A model generated the notes under the pieces. The model was not told the origin of the DNA, made no database searches, and saw only the letters and a list, made by a program, of their open reading frames with translations. A DNA stretch of 32,000 bases from Faecalibacterium sp. CAG:74 (lineage in GTDB: Bacteria; Bacillota; Clostridia; Lachnospirales; Lachnospiraceae): assembly GCA_963595425.1 (NCBI GenBank), contig CAVBHN010000007.1:22951-54950 (forward strand), in the 5' to 3' direction. Position 1 is the stretch's first letter. Every line of letters starts with the position of its first letter. This document shows, one piece after another, positions 18,692 to 27,602 of this stretch. Position numbers and translations under genes: made by a program.

Positions 18692-18720
18692 TTGCATTTA
18701 TACAATGCATCTGTTAAAAT
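18692..18720 (+). promoter_or_regulatory. Sigma-A promoter for rpmB
   Basis: TTGCAT at 18692-18697, an exact 17-nt spacer, then TAAAAT at 18715-18720. It lies about 60 nt upstream of the rpmB ATG, which has an AAGGAGG SD. Confidence 0.6.
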
Positions 18721-18781
18721 AACACAAGTTGTGATTTGATTATATTTAACAACACGAAAATCTACAAGGAGGTGCAACAAA

Positions 18782-18967
18782 ATGGCAAAATGTGCAGTTT
18801 GTGGTAAAGGCGTTTATTTCGGAAATGCTGTCAGCCATTCACATAGAAGATCAAACAAAATGTGGAAGCCAAACATCAAGTCTGTAAAGGTTAAGACTGA
18901 GGGCGGTGCAAAGAAAATGTATGTTTGTACTTCCTGCCTCAGAAGCGGTGCAGTAGAACGTGCTTAA
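18782..18967 (+). CDS. rpmB: 50S ribosomal protein L28 (four-cysteine, zinc-ribbon type)
   Basis: MAKCAVCGKGVYFGNAVSHSHRRSNKMWKPNIKSVKV...YVCTSCLRSGAVERA. The L28 core SHSHRRS..W.PN is present, with CxxC...CxxC, a strong SD and a terminator. Confidence 0.93.
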   Translation: MAKCAVCGKGVYFGNAVSHSHRRSNKMWKPNIKSVKVKTEGGAKKMYVCTSCLRSGAVERA

Positions 18968-18981
18968 TTGCTTATTAAACG

Positions 18982-19024
18982 GACGTATAAAAAGCAAATG
19001 CTTTTTATACGTCTTTTTTATTTT
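18982..19024 (+). terminator. Rho-independent terminator of rpmB. May also act weakly on convergent asnA.
   Basis: A perfect 14-bp stem (GACGTATAAAAAGC / GCTTTTTATACGTC) with loop AAAT, followed by TTTTTTATTTT. Confidence 0.88.
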
Positions 19025-19096
19025 CTTTCTATTATATCGGCTGCTGCTCTAACATCCGGCTTAATTGTATTTTGTGCCTTTTGAATTCTAAGGCTT

Positions 19097-20104
19097 TTAA
19101 AGCAAAATTATATTGTGCTCGGCACACTTTTTAATCATATCCTCCGGCCAAAGCGAAGCCTGCACCTCTCCTACATGTGCTCTGTTCAAAAGCAGCATAC
19201 AAAGTCTTGACTGTCCGATACCGCCTCCGATTGTATAAGGAAGCTCACCCTCAAGCAGCATTTTATGAAACGGAAGCTCTGCTCTTTCTTCACAGCCTGC
19301 CTTCTTCAGCTGTTCTCTTAGAGATTCCTCACTCACTCTTATTCCCATACTTGATATCTCAAGTGCTCTGTTAAGAGGCGGAAACCAGAAGAGTATATCT
19401 CCATTGAGCTGCCAATCATCATAATCAGGTGCTCGTCCATCATGCGGCTCTCCGTTTGCAAGCTTGTCTCCTATATGCATTATAAATACACAGCCGTATT
19501 TCTTGCATATGAGATTTTCTCTTTCCTTTGCACTGTATGTTGGATAAAGTTCAAGCAATTCCTCTGTAGTAACAAAGTGTATCTCCTCCGGCAGCGTTGC
19601 AACAGCCTGCGGATACTTGTACCAAACCTCATGCTCCATATGCTTGATTATCTTAAATATATGGCATACGACCTCTTTAAGCTTTTCCTCTGTTCGCTCT
19701 TCCTTATTAATTACGAGCTCCCAATCCCATTGATCAACGTATGATGAATGCAGATTGTCTAATTCCTCATCTCGTCTTATTGCATTCATATTTGTATAAA
19801 GGCCCTCGCCCGGCTTAAAGCCATAACGCTTAAGTGCCAGTCTTTTCCACTTAGCAAGCGACTGGACGACCTCTACATCCTTTCCGGGTATATCTGCAAT
19901 ATCAAAGCTTACGGGTCTTTCAACACCGTTAAGATTGTCATTTAAGCCTGAATCTCTTGTAACAAATAATGGTGCCGAGATACGCTCAAGATTCATTTCG
20001 TTTCCGAATTCCTTTTGAAATGTATCCCTTATATATTTTATAGCGGACTGCGTCTCGCGAACGCTTAAATGCGGATCATATCCATCCGGTAAAATTAAAC
20101 CCAT
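19097..20104 (-). CDS. asnA: Aspartate--ammonia ligase (asparagine synthetase A)
   Basis: A 335-aa ORF with [35 protein letters not shown] and [14 protein letters not shown], a class II aaRS-like AsnA signature. Confidence 0.9.
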   Translation of the reverse strand: MGLILPDGYDPHLSVRETQSAIKYIRDTFQKEFGNEMNLERISAPLFVTRDSGLNDNLNGVERPVSFDIADIPGKDVEVVQSLAKWKRLALKRYGFKPGEGLYTNMNAIRRDEELDNLHSSYVDQWDWELVINKEERTEEKLKEVVCHIFKIIKHMEHEVWYKYPQAVATLPEEIHFVTTEELLELYPTYSAKERENLICKKYGCVFIMHIGDKLANGEPHDGRAPDYDDWQLNGDILFWFPPLNRALEISSMGIRVSEESLREQLKKAGCEERAELPFHKMLLEGELPYTIGGGIGQSRLCMLLLNRAHVGEVQASLWPEDMIKKCAEHNIILL

Positions 20105-20187
20105 GATCTACCTTCTTTCATAATTATGTTGTGTAATAGCACATATTGAAAATGTTAACAAATTCGGTGGAAATTTTCAAGAAAATA

Positions 20188-20216
20188 AAGACAATGCAAA
20201 TTTCAAAGGCTATAAT
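20188..20216 (+). promoter_or_regulatory. Candidate promoter for thiN
   Basis: AAGACA, a 17-nt spacer, then a consensus TATAAT at 20211-20216. The -35 element is weak. Confidence 0.3.
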
Positions 20217-20273
20217 GTGATATTAGGAACAGGAAATTTATAACTTAAGATTACGTTTAAAAGGATTCTTTAT

Positions 20274-20900
20274 ATGAAAAAATGTCTTCTAGTTTCCGGC
20301 GGTGAATTCTCGCCGATATCTGATATTGATAGCTATGAACTGATCATTGCATGCGATAAGGGATATGAGCACTGCCAAAAAGCAAAAATAATCCCCGATA
20401 TAGTCATCGGCGATCTTGATTCATGTACTTTAAAAATTAATCCCGATACAAAAATCAAAAAGCTTAATCCCATAAAGGATGATACCGACACCATAAGCTC
20501 GGTACGATATGCTCTTTCTAAGGGATATCGTCAAATCGATATATGCTGTGCCTTCGGCGGAAGATTGGATCACAGTATCGCTAATATTCAAACGGCTGCA
20601 TTTATTATGGAGCACGGAGCACGCACTTGCATTACAGGAACAGATTCTACACTTTTTTCAATACATAACGAAAGTATTTTGCTTCCCAAAAAAGAAAACT
20701 GCTATCTTTCTGTTTTTTCTCTTTCTGATGTAAGTACGGGCGTAAGCATAAAAGGAACCAAATATGAGGTAAACAATATCTCCCTTACAAATACATATCC
20801 TATCGGAACAAGCAATGAATGGATAAATGATCTTGCCATAATATCAGTTGAAAACGGAATGCTTATCGCCGTTATATCAAAAAACGTCAAAATCTCATAA
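20274..20900 (+). CDS. thiN: Thiamine diphosphokinase
   Basis: A 208-aa ORF with IIACDKGY, IVIGDLDS, KDDTDT and AFGGRLDHSIANI, matching the TPK catalytic and thiamine-binding domain pattern. Confidence 0.85.
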   Translation: MKKCLLVSGGEFSPISDIDSYELIIACDKGYEHCQKAKIIPDIVIGDLDSCTLKINPDTKIKKLNPIKDDTDTISSVRYALSKGYRQIDICCAFGGRLDHSIANIQTAAFIMEHGARTCITGTDSTLFSIHNESILLPKKENCYLSVFSLSDVSTGVSIKGTKYEVNNISLTNTYPIGTSNEWINDLAIISVENGMLIAVISKNVKIS

Positions 20901-20942
20901 AAATTAACAGGCTGCCGTATCATAACTGATACGACAGTCTGT
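20895..20942. terminator. Long hairpin between convergent units. A good terminator for minus-strand transcripts and the probable end of thiN as well.
   Basis: 16 stem positions at 20907-20942 (ACAGGCTGCCGTATCA / TGATACGACAGTCTGT): 14 Watson-Crick pairs, one G-U wobble and one mismatch, with loop TAAC. On the minus strand it is followed by TAATTTTTATGAGATTTT. No clean T-run follows on the plus strand. Confidence 0.6.
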
Positions 20943-20966
20943 TAAGGGAGGGTAGTTTGATGTATT

Positions 20967-21126
20967 TTAGGCCTGTTCGATATAATCATCGATCATTTCA
21001 AACAGTTCTTTTTCTTTTTTGATCATTTTCTTTCTTTTTTCTTTATTTCGTCTTTCGTTTTCCTTTTGGTTTAATTGCATTACAACAGATCCAAATATTG
21101 TTTTGTAGCTGATTGCGTTCTGCATA
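20967..21126 (-). CDS. Candidate small-ORF locus. A 27-codon ORF (21043-21126) has a strong SD. An overlapping 37-codon ORF lies in another frame (20967-21080).
   Basis: AAAGGAGAG lies 7 nt before the ATG at 21126 and gives MQERNQLQNNIWICCNAIKPKGKRKTK*. The ATG at 21080 in a different frame gives MQLNQKENERRNKEKRKKMIKKEKELFEMIDDYIEQA*. Both are below the ORF-track cutoff. I translated them by hand. Confidence 0.25.
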
Positions 21127-21156
21127 AATCTTCTCTCCTTTATTTTGAGGGTAGCG

Positions 21157-21185
21157 AGCCTGAGACAAGCTTTGCCTCAGGCTCT
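21157..21185 (-). other. Stem-loop immediately downstream of the aconitase-family gene, with no U-tract
   Basis: A perfect 9-bp stem (GAGCCTGAG / CTCAGGCTC) with an 11-nt loop. On the minus strand it is followed by GCTACCCTCAAAATAAAGGAG. It may be an RNA-stability or processing element rather than a terminator. Confidence 0.4.
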
Positions 21186-21220
21186 ATTGAATTATGGCAT
21201 TCTAAAACATTAGACACTAT

Positions 21221-23476
21221 TTAATTTGCTTTGCGGCTTCGATTATAATTGATAAGACAACCCGCTTTTACTATCTTCTTTTCGTCATTTGTCATCTCTG
21301 ATATATAAAGAGATATTTCCTTTACTTTTTCGCCTAAAATGTAAGCCTTGATATTCTTCATGTCTCCGTCAAGAGCTTCTCTTATATTAGGTACATAAAT
21401 ATAATCCCCAACCTCAAACTCAGGTGTTTCCTTCATCTGAAACGGAATCATTCCCCAGTTCATGACATTTGACCTGTACCTCTTGGTTGCATATTCTGTA
21501 CAGATATTTGCAAGTCCTCCAAGAACTCTTTGACAGCTTGCTGCCTGCTCTCTTGCTGAACCGTCTCCCGGCTTTACACAATAGATCATGCTTCCTATTT
21601 CGATATTATTAACATCGACATCCGGTGTAAGACTCTTTATTTTCTCGTATACATTGTTTAATTCGGCCACACCCTTGCCATCCAGTCTGTTCTTTTCGAG
21701 TACAAATACCTCTTTTGCTCTTCCTACATAATTAGGATCTCTTCTCGAGAGAGCAAACTCTGCAAGTCCCAATGGATTTGATCTGTATGAGGATGTCTCT
21801 CCTGAAGGTATAAGCTCATCCGTTGTCGTTACCTTGTCCATAATTTTGGAGCAGACTCTAAGAAGAATATTGTCAGCAAGCTCCTCCATGCTTGGCCAGT
21901 CCTTTATATTAGGACCATAAACCAATTCCTGATCTTTATGGGCTGCATTGTATCCCTGATATACTCTTGCCTTATATGCCGCATCGTTAAAATTATAATC
22001 AGGAACAACATAATCATCTGCATACTTCTCAGCTGAGGTAAGAATACCTCCGTTTGCTGCTGTTGCCGCAATCGAACGTGCATCCATAAGCGCAACTGCG
22101 GACAGCTGTCCGACACCCGGCTTCGAGCCTTCTCTGTTTGGGAAATTCCTTGTAGTATGCCTTATACTGAATGCATTGTTCGCGGGTGTATCTCCTGCTC
22201 CAAAGCACGGACCGCAAAATGCTGTTTTTATATTTGCACCTGCTGCCATAAGGGCTGAAATTGCACCCTTTTCAACAAGATCCATAAATACAGGCTGTGA
22301 TGAAGGATATACCGATAATGTAAACTCATCATTTCCTGTTGTAGCATTTCTTAAGATATGTGCCGCTTCCATAACATTTGTATAGTTACCGCCGGCACAG
22401 CCTGCTATAATTCCCTGCTGAACCTGAAGTCCTTTAGCTGTTATCTTATCTGTCAGACTAAAATGAACCTCCGGATTTTCGGTAATAGCTGCTGCATTTT
22501 TCTCAACCTCTCGTAATATATCTCCGAGATTTGCATTTAATTCATCTATTTCATATGTATTGCTTGGGTGGAAAGGAAGTGCAATCATCGGCTTTACTGT
22601 ACTCAGATCAACATAAACCATTCCATCATAGTAGGCTACAGCTTCAGGATTAAGCTCCTCATAATCTGCTCCTCTTCCATGAAGAGTTAGGAATGCCTTT
22701 GTATCCTCGTCTGTTCTCCATACAGATGAAAGACAGGTTGTTTCTGTTGTCATAACATCTATTCCGTTACGGTAATCGGTTGTCATAGATGATACGCCAG
22801 GTCCTACAAACTCCATAACCTTATTTTTCACATATCCGTTTTTAAATACCTTACCGATTATCGCAAGTGCAATATCCTGAGGACCAACTCCCGGATTCGG
22901 CTTTCCGGTAAGATATATTCCTATTACACCTGGATAGCTTATATCATATGTATCACACAAAAGCTGCTTGACAAGCTCTCCGCCGCCTTCACCTATCGCC
23001 ATGGTTCCGAGTGCGCCATATCTTGTATGTGAATCGGAACCCAATATCATCTTTTTGCAGCCTGCCATGTTTTCTCTCATATACTGATGAATAACAGCTA
23101 TATGAGGCGGAACATAAATTCCTCCGTATTTTTTTGCTGCAGACAAGCCAAATACATGATCATCCTCGTTAATAGTTCCGCCAACCGCACATAATGAGTT
23201 GTGACAATTTGTAAGAACATAGGGAATTGGAAATTTTTCCATTCCCGAAGCCTTTGCAGTCTGCACGATGCCGACAAAGGTAATATCATGAGATGTCATT
23301 GCATCAAATTTGATTTTTAAATGCTCCATATCACCTGATGTGTTATGTGCCTGCATAATAGAATATGCAATAGTGCCCTTTTTAGCCTCATCCTTTTTAT
23401 ATATTTTATTTTCGGCCTCAGGTATTATTTCTGTTCCGTTAACAAGAAAAACACCGCCGTCATAAAGCTTTACCAT
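21221..23476 (-). CDS. Aconitase-family [4Fe-4S] hydratase (bacterial AcnA-like catalytic and swivel domains, 751 aa)
   Basis: [29 protein letters not shown] (three cluster cysteines), [11 protein letters not shown] and the swivel motif [10 protein letters not shown]. The SD GAAGGAG precedes the ATG at 23476. It is the last gene of the cit operon. Confidence 0.85.
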   Translation of the reverse strand: MVKLYDGGVFLVNGTEIIPEAENKIYKKDEAKKGTIAYSIMQAHNTSGDMEHLKIKFDAMTSHDITFVGIVQTAKASGMEKFPIPYVLTNCHNSLCAVGGTINEDDHVFGLSAAKKYGGIYVPPHIAVIHQYMRENMAGCKKMILGSDSHTRYGALGTMAIGEGGGELVKQLLCDTYDISYPGVIGIYLTGKPNPGVGPQDIALAIIGKVFKNGYVKNKVMEFVGPGVSSMTTDYRNGIDVMTTETTCLSSVWRTDEDTKAFLTLHGRGADYEELNPEAVAYYDGMVYVDLSTVKPMIALPFHPSNTYEIDELNANLGDILREVEKNAAAITENPEVHFSLTDKITAKGLQVQQGIIAGCAGGNYTNVMEAAHILRNATTGNDEFTLSVYPSSQPVFMDLVEKGAISALMAAGANIKTAFCGPCFGAGDTPANNAFSIRHTTRNFPNREGSKPGVGQLSAVALMDARSIAATAANGGILTSAEKYADDYVVPDYNFNDAAYKARVYQGYNAAHKDQELVYGPNIKDWPSMEELADNILLRVCSKIMDKVTTTDELIPSGETSSYRSNPLGLAEFALSRRDPNYVGRAKEVFVLEKNRLDGKGVAELNNVYEKIKSLTPDVDVNNIEIGSMIYCVKPGDGSAREQAASCQRVLGGLANICTEYATKRYRSNVMNWGMIPFQMKETPEFEVGDYIYVPNIREALDGDMKNIKAYILGEKVKEISLYISEMTNDEKKIVKAGCLINYNRSRKAN

Positions 23477-23501
23477 TTAGATACTCCTTCATCTCTTATG
23501 C

Positions 23502-25052
23502 TTATTTATTCTTGATCTGATGTACAACATCCATAATCGTACCGTCACGTGCCTCTATGATTCCTACAACGCGATCCTCAAACTGAACCGGATCCGGCTC
23601 TCCAACAATTCCGTAGGCAATATCTCTAAGCTCTTCTATTGTTTTAAGAGGAATTGTATCAACGTCTTTTAACGCCTCCAAAATATCAGGTCTTGCAGGA
23701 TTTACAGCCACACCATAATCAGTGACAACTACATCAACCGACTCACCAGGCGTCGTAACAGTAGTTACCTTTGTGCATATCGCCGGAATTCGTCCCTGAA
23801 GAAGCGGGCAAATAACTATCGTGCATTTAGCTCCCTGAGCTGCATCAGGATGACCTCCCTGAGCACCTGTTATCATTCCGTCCGAGCCTACAACTACATT
23901 GCAGTTAAAATTAACATCCACCTCAAGTGAGGCCAAAACAACATAATCCAATTTATTTACAAAAGCGCCCTTATTAAACGGATTGGCATATGCACCTGCA
24001 CTGATTCTGAAATGATTCGGTCTGATGATGTTATTCACGGCATCAAGATCAAATGCCTGAGTATCCATAAGACATCCTATCTGTCCGGCCTCCAGCATAT
24101 CGACCATAGGCTTCGTCATTCCGCCTACCGCAAATCCCATTTTTATATTACGCTCCTTCATTATCCTGCCAAGCGAGATCGCGGATGCTATTGAAGCTCC
24201 GCCTACACCTGTCTGGTACGAAAAGCCGTCTTTGAAATATGGTGTATTTACTACGACCTGAGTACAATACTCAGCCATCATAATTTTTCTGACATCGGTA
24301 GTTGGCTTCGCAGCTCCTGTGGCAATCTTTTCGGGAAGACCTATCTGATCGACAACACATACATAATCAACCTTGGTTCCCGCAACGTGTGCCGGATAGT
24401 TCGGAAACGGAACAAGACAATCTGTAACCGCAACAACCTTATTTGCATGGTTTCCGTCTACAAATGAATACGAAAGCACTCCGCAGTTGCTTTTGCCGCC
24501 TACCGCGCGGCAGTTTCCGTAATCATCACATGTAGGAGCTCCGATAAAGGATATGTCTATTGTTGTTTCTCCTGTCTGAATGGCCCTGACACGTCCGCCA
24601 TGTGAACGCATTATTGCAAGTCCCTTCAGCTTGCCGTTCGATATTGCTTCTCCTATTTTTCCACGTACGCCGGAGGATTGTATTCCGGTAATAGTGCCGT
24701 CCTCTATCATAGGAACAAGCGCATCATGTGCCTTTCCAAGTGATGAAGCACATATTGTTACGTCTTTGATGCCCATTTTCTGCACTTCTGTCATGACCAT
24801 ATTTACAACAAGGTCTCCCTCACGGAAATGATGGTGAAAACCAAGTGTCATTCCGTCATGTGCACCGCATTTTACCAGGGCATCATGAATCGAATCAACC
24901 ATCTTGCTTGTATTGTGATCCATCACAACCTTTACAATCGGTCCCTGCTTATGAAATTCCATGCCTTCTTTATAATTATTTCCCTGGAAGACTTCCTTTC
25001 CTGTCTGTTTAATAATCTCTTCAGGGATATCTCTTCCAACTGCATTGATCAT
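23502..25052 (-). CDS. citF: Citrate lyase alpha subunit (citrate CoA-transferase)
   Basis: MINAVGRDIPEE...MTLGFHHHFREGD... The ATG at 25052 lies 9 nt after GGGGGA and 1 nt after the citE stop. The ORF-track start at 25133 lies inside citE. Confidence 0.9.
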   Translation of the reverse strand: MINAVGRDIPEEIIKQTGKEVFQGNNYKEGMEFHKQGPIVKVVMDHNTSKMVDSIHDALVKCGAHDGMTLGFHHHFREGDLVVNMVMTEVQKMGIKDVTICASSLGKAHDALVPMIEDGTITGIQSSGVRGKIGEAISNGKLKGLAIMRSHGGRVRAIQTGETTIDISFIGAPTCDDYGNCRAVGGKSNCGVLSYSFVDGNHANKVVAVTDCLVPFPNYPAHVAGTKVDYVCVVDQIGLPEKIATGAAKPTTDVRKIMMAEYCTQVVVNTPYFKDGFSYQTGVGGASIASAISLGRIMKERNIKMGFAVGGMTKPMVDMLEAGQIGCLMDTQAFDLDAVNNIIRPNHFRISAGAYANPFNKGAFVNKLDYVVLASLEVDVNFNCNVVVGSDGMITGAQGGHPDAAQGAKCTIVICPLLQGRIPAICTKVTTVTTPGESVDVVVTDYGVAVNPARPDILEALKDVDTIPLKTIEELRDIAYGIVGEPDPVQFEDRVVGIIEARDGTIMDVVHQIKNK

Positions 25053-25053
25053 C

Positions 25054-25956
25054 TTATAAGTCCCCCTTATATACTCCTGATGCCTTTGCCAGCTCAATAA
25101 CTCGCTTTGCACCATCATAAAATGCAATATCAATCATTTTTCCGTCTACAGTAAATACACCGATTCCAAGTGCTTTTTTCTCATCGATTTCCTTAACAAC
25201 CTTCTCAGAAAAAATAATCTCCTTTTCAGTAGGTGTATATATCCTATGAACAGCCTCTATCTGTCTCGGATTTATGATTGATTTTCCGTCAAATCCCATC
25301 ATCTTGATCATTTTTACTTCTTTTTCAAATGCTTCCATATCGTCAAGATTTGTAAATACAGTATCAAAGCACTGAACCTTTGCGGCTCTGGCTGCGATTA
25401 TCATCATTTGCCTTGCTCCAGCAAATTCAACGCCTGTACCTGATATAGTAGTCTGAAGATCCTTTGAGTAATCTCCTCCGCTTAAGGCTATTCCAAATAA
25501 CCTTTCCGATGCTGTACAGATTTCAAGCGCATTCATTATTCCCATTGCAGATTCAAGTGCAGCCATTATAAGAGTTTTTCCCTCCGGGACTCCGAATTCT
25601 ATCTCTGCCTTACGGATTTCCTCCTCTACAAGCTTTACGTCCCTTCCGCTCTCTGTCTTAGGAATACGTATGGAGTCAGCCCCTCCTGCAACACAGACTC
25701 TTATATCTTCCTTCCAGTAATCGGTATCAAGTCCGTTTATACGAACTACCTTCTCTACTCCGTGATAGTTGATCTCTCGAAGTGCATGATATAATGAATA
25801 TCTTGCAGCATCCTTTTCCTTCTCGGCTACCGCATCTTCAAGATCGAGCATTATTGAATCCGGCTTGTATATATAAGGATCCTTAATAAGTCCCGGCTTC
25901 TGGCAGTTCAAAAACATCATTGTTCTTCTTAATCTTTTCTTGTTAGGATTGATCAT
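25054..25956 (-). CDS. citE: Citrate lyase beta subunit (citryl-CoA lyase family)
   Basis: RLRRTMMF...MLDLEDAVA...RINGLDT... is HpcH/CitE-like. The ATG at 25956 overlaps the citD stop as ATGA, indicating translational coupling. Confidence 0.88.
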   Translation of the reverse strand: MINPNKKRLRRTMMFLNCQKPGLIKDPYIYKPDSIMLDLEDAVAEKEKDAARYSLYHALREINYHGVEKVVRINGLDTDYWKEDIRVCVAGGADSIRIPKTESGRDVKLVEEEIRKAEIEFGVPEGKTLIMAALESAMGIMNALEICTASERLFGIALSGGDYSKDLQTTISGTGVEFAGARQMMIIAARAAKVQCFDTVFTNLDDMEAFEKEVKMIKMMGFDGKSIINPRQIEAVHRIYTPTEKEIIFSEKVVKEIDEKKALGIGVFTVDGKMIDIAFYDGAKRVIELAKASGVYKGDL

Positions 25957-26258
25957 CGGATCACACCTCCCCATGGCAAATCAGACGTTTTTCCGTTTGA
26001 ACGATAAACAGCACACTCTACTCGTGCCTTTAAGGTACAATCAAGAGCCCCCTTATCTACAATATGGATTCTTGCATCCGTAACCTCTAATCTATCTAAT
26101 GTTTCCAAAACAACCTTTTTAATCTGTCTGCCATACTGCTGTATAACACTGCTGTCAAGATCAAGTCTTATACCGTCTTTATATTCATTTGGCTCTACAG
26201 TTACCATTGCATCGCTAGATTCCAGTGTTCCTGCTACAGCCGGTTTTTCTATATTCAT
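25953..26258 (-). CDS. citD: Citrate lyase gamma subunit (acyl carrier protein)
   Basis: MNIEKPAVAGTLESSDAMVTV...DKGALDCTLKARVE. It aligns with my recollection of E. coli CitD (PAVAGTLESGD, DKGALDC), including the prosthetic-group serine. Confidence 0.9.
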   Translation of the reverse strand: MNIEKPAVAGTLESSDAMVTVEPNEYKDGIRLDLDSSVIQQYGRQIKKVVLETLDRLEVTDARIHIVDKGALDCTLKARVECAVYRSNGKTSDLPWGGVIR

Positions 26259-26326
26259 TTTTTATCCTCCTGATATCATTTTAATTTTACATACACAGCT
26301 TTGTATAATTGCCAAAAGGAATGATA

Positions 26327-27589
26327 TTATACGAATAAATTATATATACCGGTAAATGCCATAATCGCCAGTACAATAAGATTGAATGCCGAAACAGCGA
26401 AAAGCTCAATAAACAATCTGTTTTGCGGAAATCTCTTTTCAGAATCCTTCTGCTGTGCTACACCGGCCATAATAAGTGCACCTGTTGTTGAAATAGGTGT
26501 ATAGCCTGCTATTGTTCCTCCGATAACTACCATTGCTACAAGCGTAATACCTGATACTCCTATGCCTGCTGCAAGTCCGCCGCAAACCGGTATAAGCGTA
26601 GGAAATACGACTCCGAGACCTGAGCTGAAAAAGGACATAACACCTGCCAAAATTGCCATAATAGGTGCTGCACTGCCTTCACCCATAATTCCCTCAAGTG
26701 CATTTACAAGAATATCTACACCACCCGAAAGAGAGATAATATTCATGAGCATTCCTACTCCAAGAACCATGATTATTACGTTCCACGGAACTCCTGCTAC
26801 TGCCTTTTTTTCATTTCCGCAGCCAAGGATACAAAGAATCGATCCTACTAAAAAGCCTGTAAGTCCTGCATTCCATGAAAGTGCAAGAACTCCTATTGCA
26901 AGAACCGCAAGGCCTGCTAAGGATGCCCATTGCTGCCAGGTAAATTTTGAAAGCTTTTCTGTCTCTGCTTTTTCCAAATTCTCTACTTTATTAACTCTCC
27001 AGCCCTTGTAATAGATATAAACAACAGCCGCACAAATTATTGTGGTTACAATAGTACAAAGCATGATCGGAATTGTGTCAGCAACAAGTCCCTGCTCTTC
27101 CATAAGATCTCGCACAACTGCCGCCTCAGGTGTCAATGGGCTCATTCTTCCGGCCATCGCACCCATATCTCCTATAATGGATGTCATAATCGGATTTATT
27201 CCTGCTGAAATGGAAATCGGAATTGCTATAAGCGGAATAATTGCAAGACAAGGGATAGATCCGGGTCCTACTGCACTAAGAACCATTCCGATTCCAAACA
27301 TTACAAACGGAATTGTTCTTGCCGGAACCTTACTTACAATTTTTCTTGCCAAAAGCTCAAGCGTCCCGTTTCCGTTAATGATTGCAAACAGATAGGTGAC
27401 TCCTGCCATCTGTATAAATAATGATGTGCTGAATCCCGAGACAACATCCTTGACTGTAAGCGTATCCGGAAATATCAATACCAGGATCATTGCAAAACCA
27501 ATGCTCAAAATTCCAACATTGATATTTCTGAGGAATCCTATAACTATAGCAACTAATAATAAAACTAATGAAATAACACCTAAATTCAT
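26327..27589 (-). CDS. Polytopic anion permease, ion-transporter-superfamily-like (CitMHS / DASS / MatC-like). Putative di- or tricarboxylate carrier.
   Basis: A 420-aa ORF with about 12 hydrophobic segments in two halves, separated by a charged central loop (KVENLEKAETEKLSKF). It sits between the lactonase and citD genes. The family call is tentative. Confidence 0.6.
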   Translation of the reverse strand: MNLGVISLVLLLVAIVIGFLRNINVGILSIGFAMILVLIFPDTLTVKDVVSGFSTSLFIQMAGVTYLFAIINGNGTLELLARKIVSKVPARTIPFVMFGIGMVLSAVGPGSIPCLAIIPLIAIPISISAGINPIMTSIIGDMGAMAGRMSPLTPEAAVVRDLMEEQGLVADTIPIMLCTIVTTIICAAVVYIYYKGWRVNKVENLEKAETEKLSKFTWQQWASLAGLAVLAIGVLALSWNAGLTGFLVGSILCILGCGNEKKAVAGVPWNVIIMVLGVGMLMNIISLSGGVDILVNALEGIMGEGSAAPIMAILAGVMSFFSSGLGVVFPTLIPVCGGLAAGIGVSGITLVAMVVIGGTIAGYTPISTTGALIMAGVAQQKDSEKRFPQNRLFIELFAVSAFNLIVLAIMAFTGIYNLFV

Positions 27590-27602
27590 ACCTTACTTCT
27601 CC

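Noticed and set aside
18436-18781. A possible T-box, PyrR attenuator, ARG box or riboswitch in the 346-bp carA/rpmB divergent region.
   Set aside because: I looked for the T-box 14-mer, the PyrR loop (CCAGAGAGG) and TGAAT-N-ATTCA dyads and found none. Only generic pairing potential remains, and that is reported separately at low interest.
20105-20273. A possible T-box or leader upstream of asnA in the asnA/thiN divergent spacer.
   Set aside because: The spacer is only 169 bp and is shared by two promoters. It has no specifier or T-box features and no terminator/antiterminator pair.
20960-21022. The 20-codon plus-strand ORF behind a strong GGGAGGG SD just after thiN, considered as a SpoVM-like peptide because spoVM lies between thiN and rpmB in B. 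subtilis.
   Set aside because: MYFRPVRYNHRSFQTVLFLF has no resemblance to the SpoVM amphipathic helix that I recall (MKFYTIKLPKFLGG...). It also follows a terminator hairpin directly. I kept it only as part of the spacer observation and did not call it as a gene.
25953-25956. The citD/citE overlap and the apparent citE/citF overlap, considered as possible frameshifts or fusions.
   Set aside because: citD/citE is an ordinary ATGA stop-start overlap. The citE/citF overlap disappears once the correct citF start at 25052 is used.
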